A stretch of DNA of 64,000 nt, from assembly GCF_963676685.1 (NCBI RefSeq), contig NC_092347.1, positions 46,500,001 to 46,564,000 of the forward strand, given 5' to 3'. Shown one piece after another: positions 11,401 to 23,800 of this stretch. Numbering within the stretch: position 1 is the stretch's first letter; each line of letters starts with the position of its first letter. This stretch comes from Mytilus edulis (taxonomy: Eukaryota). Made by a program: the position numbers and the translations under genes. Below the pieces are notes generated by a model, which saw only the letters and a list, made by a program, of their open reading frames with translations, was not told the origin of the DNA and ran no database searches.

Positions 11401-12506
11401 ACTGGTCCTGTATTCTACATATTGAAAAGATGGTCTTTCATGAAAATCACGTGCTATTATCGTACACTACTCTGCTGTTGATTTATATGTATACTTTATC
11501 ATGTGTTTGACCTCTTGTACATGTTTGTGTCTGAGGAAATAAAATATTTTGTCTTTTTGTCTTCAAATGCGTAACTGAACAATACTGCTGCATTCTAGAA
11601 CTTACATCACAGCTATTCAAATCAGAAAAAAAAAAACATTTCAGGGGATTATCAAAATGTTTTTTGAGATCATCAGTATCATCTATAGTATGAAATAAAA
11701 ACAAATTGTCACAAGTAAGTCTTTGATTGTCATGATGTCATGAGAATAAAAAAAATGTTATTTTAATTATCTTTCATTCAGCAGAACAAACATATAGGTT
11801 TTTCATTCATAACCACAGGTTCAAGATGAAATGTAATATATTCAAGTTTTTTTGTGGAAGTTTTGAGATTTATCGGGGGAAAAAGCAATTAATAATAAAA
11901 CCTATTTTAATATTTTAAGATACTTTGACAACAGAAAGAAATTTAAATTCATCAAAAAATATTTTGACAAATTATCTCCCATATTATCAACTGCACAAAT
12001 TTTTACTTTGAAAATTAAATTTCTATCCTTATCAAAATGAATTCTTCACAAAAAGTAACGTCTAGTTATAACTTTTGTATTTGATCTGCATGTTTAAAAA
12101 TATATTTATATTTCAATTTCAGTCCACCTTTTACAAAAACTAAGAGAAAAAAGAGCAACAAGATAGGCAGTCTACATTATAAGTCTAACAAACACTACTA
12201 CAAGTGATCCAAAATGGAATTTTTACTTTAACACTGAATTACAGATGCAAATCCATTTCTGTATACAAACTTGATCGCAGATACACCATCCACATATACA
12301 GAACATACAAAATTCTATAAATATAATAATCCATCCTCAATAAATGTCAATAGAGAAAAAAAATTCTCTTATTTGAACATGCATTTAATAAAGCAAAGAT
12401 ATTAACAGATTAAAATAAATATCTCATTTGATCAGTTTAAAAATGTAAGTAAACTGATCTTTTAATCAAGTGACTCATAAAGAATAGACTTGATTTTGTT
12501 TTTGAA

Positions 12507-12730
12507 GGGGGTCTTATTGGGGTGTTCTGATCCCAGACCCTACTTACTGTTTTGTCAGATTCCCGTATCCCGCTACACTATGTACGTAAGTAATTCTCAT
12601 TTTTTTGTAATTTCCCGTGTCCCACTAGACTTCATTTCTCTTTTTCATGGCACAATAATTTGACTTTCATGTGTCACGCTTACAAAAAATCAGCAATCCT
12701 GTGTCACCCTTAGACCCCAATGAGACCCAC
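12507..12730 (+). mobile_element. Older copy of the 25669 MITE family
   Basis: Colinear similarity to 25669-25894; TSD not retained. Confidence 0.75.
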
Positions 12731-13846
12731 TTATTGTTAAGTATTGTTACAAAATTAATTTAACTAAAAAAACATTTAAAAATCAAGAAAATTTACAGGA
12801 ATTAAGAAAATCCATATGGATTTATTAAAATGCATAGTAATTGTAAACTTGATATAACACCTTATAGAATCGCCTTTTTTGCAGATAACAAGTAAGCATG
12901 ATTCACAGATAATGAAACACCTTGGTTTTGGAATACAGCACTTGGATTTTATAATGATTGTCATGTTAGTACATTTAATGAAATAAAGTAGCAACAGTTT
13001 TTCGATCCTATTTATTATCAACATTCGTAGGTGATGAAATATGAAAGCTGTACTATAGATGAAAGACCAAAATAACGATAAACCATTTATACATAATAAT
13101 GTTAGTACATTGTCAAAAAATTATAAATATCTTGAATCATGATTTGAGATAAAATGTTAAAATCTCTGAAAAAATCTCTAATATTATGTGTTTTATATAT
13201 AATATATTTGATAGTTATTAAAAGTAAAAATAAAAATATTTTGATAAACCAGTACAAAGGCTATGTCAGGCAGACATATCTCAATATAAAATGGAAGGTT
13301 TTTTTCTAATACTCTTCTCCTCATAAATTTTGCAGACTTTTGGAAACTTAAGTTGAGAAAATAAAAATAAGTCTGAAAATTAGGGCTTTCATTACAAAAC
13401 TGAATTATAGCTAAATATCCTTTGCCAGTGCCGGAACGTTTTACACAAATCTTACAACTAGTACCAACAAGTTGCATTGAAATCTTTATTACATATTAGT
13501 ACTTTTTATCATAAATTTTGTTCATGTAAAATGCTACTGAATATCTGCACACTAAAGCTGCTTATATTCAACATCATTAAAATTCTCAAGGTTTCAAATT
13601 TCTTAGAAAATTGCTTGCTGTACTATTTTATTTAGTCAGCATGCAGCTTCGAACTAATACTTGACATGCACCAAGGTAGCTTACAAAAATATATAATAGA
13701 TAACATATTTAATGAAAGGAAAACTTTTATCACATTGGACGGCAGTAAAGTCACTCTTCAAAATGACAATTCAAAAGCCATCAAAAAATAATGTTCTTAT
13801 CTTGGGGCTTTTTTTTTTATTATATATCCGATGAGAGTGAAAGAAA

Positions 13847-14136
13847 AACAAGAATGTGTCCTCAGTACACGAATGCCCCACTCGCACTATCATTTTCTAT
13901 GTTCAGTGGACCGTGAAATTGGGGTAAAATCTCTAATTTGGCATTAAAATTAGAAAGATCATATCATAGGGAACATGTGTACCAAGTTTGAAGTCGATTG
14001 GACTTCAACTTCATCAAAAACTACCTCGACCAAAAACTTTAACCTGAAGCGGGACAGACGGACGAACGGACGAACGAACGGACGCACAGACCAGAAAACA
14101 TAATGCCCCTCTACTATCGTAGGTGGGGCATAAAAA
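13847..14136 (-). mobile_element. Short Helentron-associated element (HINE; DINE-1/pearl-like)
   Basis: subTIRs ATGCCCCAC/GTGGGGCAT, ACGG/ACGA microsatellite, terminal hairpin GTGTACTGAGGACAC before TTCTTGTT, inserted in a T-run; sister copy at 40099. Confidence 0.85.
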
Positions 14137-14722
14137 AGCATTTTTGGTGGGTTTATTCTTTATAATTCTAAACATATATTTAAATCAGACATCTAGTAAG
14201 GACTAGCTAATATTATTATTTCATATATTTTTTTCAGTTTTCAAATCTATCCTTTTGATTTTTGTACATTTAAAATTTCCCAAAAGTTGGAATGTTGAAT
14301 TTGAATTGAACTGATTGCTGTGGTTCCTTCCAACAGAAAAAGACTTGACCTAAGAAAAAGAACATTATTTTTTGACAGCCTACACTAACTATTTTCTACC
14401 TGCCTACAGATATGCATAAACTATGTAACACTTAACTGATTGCATAAAGCAAGATCATAGGTCAATGATTGTTTTAAACCAGTGCAATAAGAAAAGCAAC
14501 ATAAATATTGACATGTATTCTTTCATAAAATATTGCACAAAAATTGATCATAACAAAACATTTCACAATTTGTAAAAATGTTGCATCACAGATATAAAAC
14601 ACAGAAAATGTGCCCTACTTCAACAGTCCTGATACAGGTTATATCCACACTATAAATAAACAATGGAATGTTCTGTCTTTTGATTTGGACTAGTCTATAC
14701 ACATGAACAGGAATGTTATGTA

Positions 14723-14803
14723 TCAGCTGCATTCAGTCTCTTTCTTTTCACACTGAGTTCTCTCTGGTCCCCAGGATTTTAATCTTTTCAAATCTTCACT
14801 TAA
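14723..14803 (-). CDS. GRAMD2-like terminal exon (LSEDLKRLKSWGPERTQCEKKETECS*)
   Basis: Pyrimidine tract plus AAG acceptor, stop TGA. Confidence 0.75.
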   Translation of the reverse strand, partial: LSEDLKRLKSWGPERTQCEKKETECS

Positions 14804-17800
14804 CTTCAAAAGAAGAAACTTAATTTACTTAAAATATTTTAATCGACACAGCTTATTAATAAATCTTCCAGTTTCTAAAACAAGAATAAAATCAAAACAA
14901 AAAAACATTTAAAAAAAATATGTGATCAAGCCTCAACTTTTCTTTATTTTCAAAGCATGTAGACTTTATTTTTTAATGTACTTCATCTAAGGCTAAAGTG
15001 GAAGCTTTGATTGTGTATGAGGTTTTTTTCTCAGTTACCTGGTTACAAGTAAGATGTGGTATACTACTTCTTTTATTTAAATGTCTCTATCATCAAATAT
15101 CAATAGAGCAGTTACCATAACAATATAAAGTTAATTAAAGGCAGTTTCATTTAAGGATGTACTTAGGTGAGGTTAGGTTAATTAGGTTAAAATTAAGAAA
15201 TTAAGAAATTAAAATTGATACTTTAAGCTGGTAGAGCATCACTTAAGGATAAAAATAAGCTAAAAATATTGATAGGTCATGGACCTCCTTTGCAAGATAT
15301 TTGAGATTTAAAATATGGCGGGAAAAGACTGACTCAGACTTTTACCTTATATTTGCATTGGTATTATTTGGTCTAAAAACAAAAGAAAGAAAATTAAGAA
15401 TCTTCTAAAATTTTAGTAAATGACCTTTCACAAGGTATTAAATCTTATATGAAAAAATAAATGGCTGTTATGGGGCAAAATATTTTACATTGTGTTGTAT
15501 GGAAAAACACTAAGGAGTCCGAACATTTGACAGAAATTCCAAAACCTCACCTATTTAAGTACATCCTTTAAACAGACATTCAAGAATTTACCTTAAATTT
15601 GTACCTTCACTATTAACATGACATTCTCGATTGTTTAAGTAATGAATAACTAATTTTAATGGATTGTACTACACAGCAACTATTTCTAATTTGTTGAAGC
15701 AATTCATATGTGTTTTCTTGTTTCTTGTTTTTTATATAGATTAGATTGTTGGTTTTCTGGTTTGAATTGCTTTACACTTGTCATTTTGGGGCCCTTAATA
15801 GCTTGCTGTTCGGTATGAGCCAAGGCTTCATGTTGAAGGCTGTACTTCTACTTTTTACACATTTATGACTTGGATGGAGAGTTGACTCATTGGCACTCAT
15901 ACCACATCTTCCTATTTCTAGTGTTTCATGTTTTCCCCCCATTTATCAGGATCATACATTAAAGTTTTGAGATCTTACCTCTTCTAAGACTTGCAGGTTT
16001 GATTTTAATATCTCATTCATTTGTTTCACCACACTGAAATGGTTCTGATTTTGTAGACCATATATTGATGAGTACATTTTCTCTCTGAAAAAATAGGTCA
16101 ATAAAATATAAGGTATTATACTAGTCAATTTTTATTATCCTTAAACTGCAAACATTCTTAAAATTATTCAATCTCTTCATAATGAATCTAAATAAGCTAG
16201 ATAAGTTGTGGTTGAACTCAACAGAAATTTTCTAACATATTCTGATGAAAGTTTGATAAACAAAAGTTCAACCAGTTACCTTTCGACTCAAGCTCAGTAT
16301 ACAGTATCAGTGACTTATACTGTTACATAGCACCCTACCATCACTATTTTTAAACAATTAATTCAACTTACAATATAACAAACACTTTTTCAGTTATGAT
16401 CAGTTGAAGGACATATTACTTTCTCTTTTATTCATGAGATGACATTTTGACATTTCAATTATAAAAAATTGGAATTGGTAAAAATCAATATTTCACTGGT
16501 AAACATAACTGTCTCATGTGACATTTTAAATAATAAAACATGCCAAGGGAGACAATTTAGATTTAAAAATGATAAGTTCATCAGATCAATTTAGAAATTT
16601 CTAAAACCAACTACAAGCATCCCTGAAATAACTGAAATAGCATTTGCTATCCCTAAAGACACATAACATTGACAGCACAGATTAACTTTCTTGTTTTTCC
16701 TGACAAATCATTACAGACTTGAAAGAAATGAGAAATTCAGTCTCAAAGGTTAAAGATAAAATAAACATGAATAAATCATGCACATAAAAAAGTAAATCAT
16801 TTCATTAGGTTTTGTAGAAAGTAGAATTAGAGAAAGAAGTGTAACAAACTTAGATACATTTTTGCTTGGTGTAAATAGGTGGCACATTCAATTATAATAT
16901 ACATATAAATGTGTTACATTTTCGATGTGCACAATTTTTTCACTAAAAAAAATATGTTAGCTTTATGAGTGATTGCATCAAATACTCTTAGGATCAGAGA
17001 AAAGTGTATCGAAGATTATTTGGTTCATTCAACGAATTCAAAAATTCAAAGTACATGTATCATAAAACAGGTACTAAGTACCGGGTAGTTATTTGAAAAA
17101 TCTCAAAAGTTTTCACACATAACAACTCAAGCTAATGACCAAATATACTGTCACTTTTTTTACCATGAAAAAAATGAAACCATACAAGTTTTGGAGATAA
17201 GGATAAAGAAAATACTTGTTGAACAAACAGAGGGACAAGGCAATTGCTAGAGTGAGAATATAATAATCACCCGACCAACATCTATGTACTTACCTCCACT
17301 GAGCTTTAGAAGATGGCGACCAGATATCTTTGGAATCAATCCTGACTTGCAACAAAAGGATTTTGTAGGTTAATGCCATGGCTGATACAATTAAAAATAA
17401 TGTCCTGAAAAACAAAATGTCACTATTAAAATATACTGTATGTACGAGTATAAACTTTTATTGGCAGAACTAATCTTTACTTTTACTTTAATGGTTTACT
17501 TTTACAAATTGTAACTTGGATAGAGAGTTGCATCATTGCCACTCATACCACATCTTCTTATATCTATTAATAACATTATATATTTTTTTTTTCATTCTTC
17601 AAGCATATCAAGTTCAGGATCACAAAATAAATCCATTTAACATTTCAAAATCACAAAGAAGTTGCAAATATCACTTTGATGAATTCAAAATATGAGTCTT
17701 TTTGTAAATAAATTTTACTTTTCATAAACTGAACACTTAAACAATATAAATTCCACCGTCTCCCTGATTGGTAATTGATGAGACAACACTGAAAGTTCTA

Positions 17801-20800
17801 CACTTACATGATAATGCATATTGCGAGGATTATATTGGTCCTTGGAATTCTGTCAAATAAAATAAATACATTTGAACAAGTTATACAATATAATTAACAT
17901 GACAAAGATTATAATATTTATCCTATATAACATACATCAAAAAGATAACTTAGGATCTTGTGAATTATATATTGCCTATAGTAGTGCTCTCTTGATAGTG
18001 TGATTATCTGTATTTAGACGGGCCATGTTTTTGGGTCAACTCAAAGACTTTACCATTGGAATTAGCTGCTTATCTGTCAAGCAGGCAGAATTTAGCAGTA
18101 AGATCAAAGACTCGTTGGTTGGAGACAGAACAATGTCTCTGGCTAGGATCATAGGATGACTATCTACCTGCAGACTGTTACCTCTCAAAAAAGCACATGA
18201 AAAATTCAAATCAATGTGTTCGTCTAGTACAAAGCAGGATCAATATTCATATCTCATTAACATACTCTTGTCCTGATATGCATATGATTTAATTTTGGAT
18301 GCAACAAGTGTTTTGATTGGCTGATGTTATTTTGTTATTAGCCCATAGACATAATTTAGTCATGTGACCGTGACATCATCAACGTTTTTTCATGGTTTTC
18401 TACGGTTAAAATGGAATTTAGAATTAAATTATAAGAAATGACTGTAATATTTTTTCTGTCTATTCAAAATAACATAAAAAATTCGGTGCACACTGTTAAA
18501 TAATCCGCTACGCGCGTTATTCAGCTCTTCAACTTTGTATTTGTTTGGCTTTTTAATTATTTTGATCTGAGCGTCACTGATGAGTCTTATGTAGACGAAA
18601 CGCGCGTCTGGCGTATAAAATTATAATCCTGGTACTTTTGATAACTATTATTCAGTGTGCACCAAATGTTTTATGTTATTTCTTCATAGACAGAAACAAT
18701 ATTACAGTCATTCCTTAAGTAATATTTGTCACTGCTTGATGAACCCAGTCATCAGCATCATCATCATCTTCAAATATCAACATAATTCAAATAGGAGATA
18801 ACTGTATTATATTTCAAGCTCTGACAGCATCAGTTGGTGATTTGATGGTTACAAATTTAGTTAACTGGGAATGCCTTAGTGGAGCCAGTAAACAGGTATT
18901 TGCAACCATCAAATCATCAATTGATGCAGTACGAGCTTAAAATATAATATTGTTATCTCCATTCTGATGAAACTGACAGAAAACATCAAATCATAAATTT
19001 AAAATCTGTCATATGTCATCTGCTGGCTTGAACATTTCATACTGATAGCATGAAAATTGGTGCCATATAAAATCAATAGAAATCAACAGAGAATATAAAA
19101 GATATGCCATCAACACCAAAAGAAGAAAAAAAGATGTAAAAGAATGTCCAATTTCAAAATGTATAAGGTCATGATTTAGGACAAGGGCAATTTAATTGGG
19201 GTCACTGAGAGCTTGTTTGTGAGTACTCAGCCATTCCTTAAATATCTCGCAATCACATCGCTAAAAGTATAGAGAAAACAAATTAAAAAAAAAATGATCC
19301 AGAAAAAAGATATAACTCCATATAATATCCTTATTACATTATCATACCCTGAAATTTTCAATTTTCAAATGAATTCTTAAGAAATCCTATTAGTGTTTTT
19401 TATTTGCATGCAACTCTTTAACACAGTATGTCGGAACTTAGTCACGAGTTTGATGAAAATGTCATCAAATGTTCATTATGATTCTTTTCATAGGCTTCAT
19501 TTTTGACATAAAAATGATCCTATTACTTTTATCATCTTAAAACAACATTATTTCTTAGCAAAAATAACTTAGTATTACGTGTACTTTAAAATATAATCCA
19601 TCGTATATTAATGGGTCATTAATAAAGGTTTTCTATTGATTTCAGTATGGTAAATAATAGATGTGGCCTTACTTTTGTTTGAATGTACTGTTAACTTGTC
19701 CTGACTTTATTAAGTAATTACTTGATTTTTAACGGGAATTAAAAAGTTTTTGTTTTTTTTGTACTAGGAAAATTGCTCCCATTATTTCATAGTCTTCTTT
19801 GAAAACACAACTTACATGCAGTCTGTTTATCAACCCATGTTGTTCAATGGATATTTGTAGGCGATTCTATAAGCACTAGAACTTGAGGTGATGTGGGGTT
19901 TCAGAAAGTATTTATTGCATACAATTTAAATTGATTGACCTGTAATCCAAAGATTTCTATAATATTCCACATCAAAATATTTTCCAAACAGAACAGTTTT
20001 CAAGTTATTTCTGGAGCATTTATAACTTTGTATTGTTTTCTGCTTACATGCTTCTAACTATGAATTTATTTTTTAGACAAGCTAGTACTTGAGTAAAAAG
20101 TTATGTCAATTTTTATAATTACCTTTGGAATTTGAGAGACAGCTGTGAAAAGGCTTCATACATTTTCTCACAGTCAAAACCTGTGAAAATTACAAGATTC
20201 ATATAAATGCAAAAAATACAATTCATAACAAAAACTTATTTTATCTATAAATCATTCTAACTTATTGTCTTCTTGCAACCATTCATCTGTAGTTTACTCT
20301 AAAATACAATTTCAGAAACGGGTCTTGAAAACTTAGTAATATAGAACAATGCCCACTTTAAATTAGATAAAATTTAGTATGCTAGTTTTTAATGTTTATT
20401 TCCTGTAATCAGCTTTCTTGTCAAGGTCTAGCAAATCTCTTTTGTATTTTGACAAATAAGTCAGTGCAAAATCAAGTCACAACTAATATTTACAAATTAC
20501 AAGTTTTATTGAAAAGTTAAGAAAAAAAGTGAAATAAAAGGTATTACATTTTTTTTAATTTTCTGTGAATTGATCGGATCAAACAAACTTCTTTTTTTTT
20601 TACATAAATAAGGACTTAAGTTTTCTAGTTTGAATTATTTTACATTGTCATTTCAGGGCCTTGTATAGCTGACTATGCGATATGGGCTTTGCTCATTGTT
20701 GAAGGCCGTATATTTGTTAATTACTGTGTCATTTTGGTCTCTTGTGGAGAGTTGCCTCATTGGTAATCATACCACATCTTCTTTTTTTATATTCTAAATG

Positions 20801-23800
20801 TATCTGCTCCTTTGTTTTATATGTTGCAAACTTATAAATAAACTTGAACTTTTTCACAAGATTATCCTTGACTGTTTGAACTGTACATAATAATAGATGT
20901 ACTTACACTGAAAGAAATAAGGAACAAACTTTCCACCGCCAATAAAAAATCGAGGTTTCACAGGTTTTGGTTTTTCATGTACAACAGTTGAGGTTTGAGA
21001 GATAAGAACATGGTTCTGATGTGATTTATTAACATTGTTTGATATGTCATTTTTCACATTTTCATCACTTGCATCCCTTGACCCACACGCAAGACACACG
21101 CCAGCGTCTGAATCTTCCGTGTCTGGCCGGGATATTATATGTCCATTTATCACATTGTTATTGTCTACATCATTGTTTTGTGACTCGTCAAACATTTTTG
21201 TTATGTCTGAATTGTCCATTGGTGTGTCGGGAGTTTGGTCCCTTAATGAATACGGCACCTGAAATGAAAATAAAATGTAAAGTTGTCTGATATGGAGGAA
21301 TCATAAAGATTCTACATATTATTTGGAAAAAAATATCTATTAATTAGACCAGACATTTATATGTAAATTTATATCAATTCAGACATCAATATGTGCATTT
21401 TATTACGCATGAATTGCGAATCCTTGACCACTTACAAAAATGTGAAATCTTATTAAAGCAACAGCATACATTTTATGAACAAAAAAATCACTACTGAAAA
21501 TAGGAAGGCACGTTTAATTATTGTGAACCTGGTAATGATGCATTAAAAAACATTGCAATAATTTCTGAATTAACCGTTAGTCAGCTATCAAATTTCTATT
21601 AGGTGGTTTTGAGACTAATATTCTTTCTAATTATCTATCTTTCAAAAACATTTTTTTTTATTTAAATATTAAACCAGCATATGAACTGTATTGAATTCTC
21701 AAGTATAGAACTTACATCTGATTCTGTTCCACTTGATTGATTTTGTAACAAGTTCTTGCTCTGAAAACAAAACCAAAACAAACACTTTATTTAAAGTTAA
21801 GTTGTGGACAAATAATATCAAATAATCCAAAATTTTTGAAAAAAAATACGACCTTTAAATAAGCTTTAGTTTACTCGGCATGTAATGGGTTTTACTTTGT
21901 TGTTCATTAACTACTGCTAACATGTTCCCTTTTGTGGTCCAATGGATGGCTGTAAATAATAGGAATAGATACTATAAAGCCAAAAACATTTGAATTGATC
22001 TACCATAAGATATTGTTTTAATTTTCCATGACAGAAATATGATGACTGCTTTTTTATTCACTATTTCAGCATACAGGGCATTTTGGTAATATTTTTAAAA
22101 ATGTGCACCATAAATGTTCGGATACACTGCCAATAGCATAACACTATTAAATTTTGCATACATACAATAAAAAAAACATTTCTCTGAAAAATTTCTTCAT
22201 CAGAAATATTTTTATTTGTCATATACATGTACTTGTTTGTAGAGAAGTCTTATTACTGCACTTTTTTATATAAATTATAAAAAGATACACTTTATTTTGT
22301 ATACTATGTATTATTATTTCATTCTTTGTACCAATGTGTATACAGTGGTTTTAAAGAATAAAATTGTCTTGTCTTGTCTTGAGAATATACATGATCAGAA
22401 ATAGTTTTGTTTCGGTTAAAACCTAAATCAAATATTTAAGTAACATATCTTTTGAAGATTTGCTTTTTAAGATTTTTATTAACAAATCTAGGCTAATCAT
22501 GTCTTCAGGGATTTTTTTTACCATACTTTTGTGACAAGTATATTCAAATCATACAATTTGAACCAAAAAAATATGAGATATTAATTTAATTTATTTGATG
22601 CATTATACCTGATTAATTTTTACAGATCTGTTTTGATATGTAATTAATCTTAAATTTTTCAAAGTACATTATAATAATACCAAAATGCATTTTTAAATCC
22701 CTGAACATAAAAATCATTTCAATTCAATCAAAATCAATCCATTATATATACTCTTTATTTATTCCATTTTAACATTTATTTTTAAAAGGTATAATATTTC
22801 GAAATCCTTCAACCAATTAAATTCCTAAATATTTCACAAGCGAACGATTTTATAAAGTAGACTAATTTGACAGTAACGTTATACCAGGTCAGCACTAATG
22901 GGATTTTTCTTGGCATACTTTCTTCGAAACAATACAAAATGCAATATATATATATTTTCAATATGTTAAAATTTAAAAGAGGACCAGGTGTTGGTATGTT
23001 TAGTTTTAATAAATTATTACTATTGTTTCAAATTGTAAAATCATGTTAATATAACAATTGAACAATCATGTGTTGGTATTATTGTATTGTATAGCTCAAT
23101 TACATTGTATTTTTTTCTAAAAATAGCAATGATTAAAAATTGAGAACAATGAAATTGTGAAAAGGACTGCAAAAACGTTTTGTGTTGAATTGTGGAATAT
23201 CTGTCTACATTCAAATTATGCCCAAAAAAAATGTGTAGAAACAACAGGTCTTTAAATATTTTGCAAGAAAACTTCATGGAATATTGTATACATTGTTTAG
23301 ATTGATTTTTTGATTTTTCATGATTTAATGCCACTTTTAAGAACTGCAGTTCGGCTATTTAAGTAACTTCTTAGACCACTCGGCCACACAAAAAGACATC
23401 AAAGGTCAATGAAATCCTATTCTGAGGTCAAAACTTGACTATTTCATTAAAACAAAATGAGCATTCTGCATAAATTTAAACTGTTTGAACCTCACACCTG
23501 ATCAATTTGTTAGTCCTGAATTGGTTCACTGAGAAAGTTAACTGAACATTTTTTTCATTTTCTTTGGTAGGTTTTTCATGGATAAAAGAAATTATAATTT
23601 TCATTGATACTTGATTAAATGGTTTTTCAAATGTTTACATATGAAATATTTATAGTTAAATGAACATGGTTTCATCTATACCCATGAAAAACATGAAAAT
23701 TGTTACCCAATGAAACCATTGTTTTCCAAATCTTACACTAAAAGTTCACATATAGATATGCAATACTGACCATTTCTTGACATCTTTTCCAATGACCAAT

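Larger units (their letters stand above)
18289..18718. mobile_element. Foldback/palindromic non-autonomous element (host of the hammerhead insert)
   Basis: Long imperfect inverted arms at ~18432-18503 and 18648-18717 (taagaaatgactgtaatat...gtgcacactg / cagtgtgcac...atattacagtcattcctta). The left boundary is approximate. Confidence 0.65.
17975..18745 (+). mobile_element. Degraded CORE-type SINE, split by the foldback insertion
   Basis: ggtcaactcaaagact...tgcttatctgtcaagcaggcag...caaagactcgttggtt resembles the recalled bivalve CORE domain. The tail cttgtcctgatatgcatatga resumes as aatatttgtcactg after 18719. Confidence 0.55.

Noticed and set aside
8000-14722. Very long 3' UTR of the GRAMD2-like gene
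   Set aside because: It is plausible, but AATAAA is too frequent in AT-rich DNA to place the end without RNA data.
21035-21290. Plus-strand ORFs overlapping the large exon
   Set aside because: They are antisense shadows of the real minus-strand exon.
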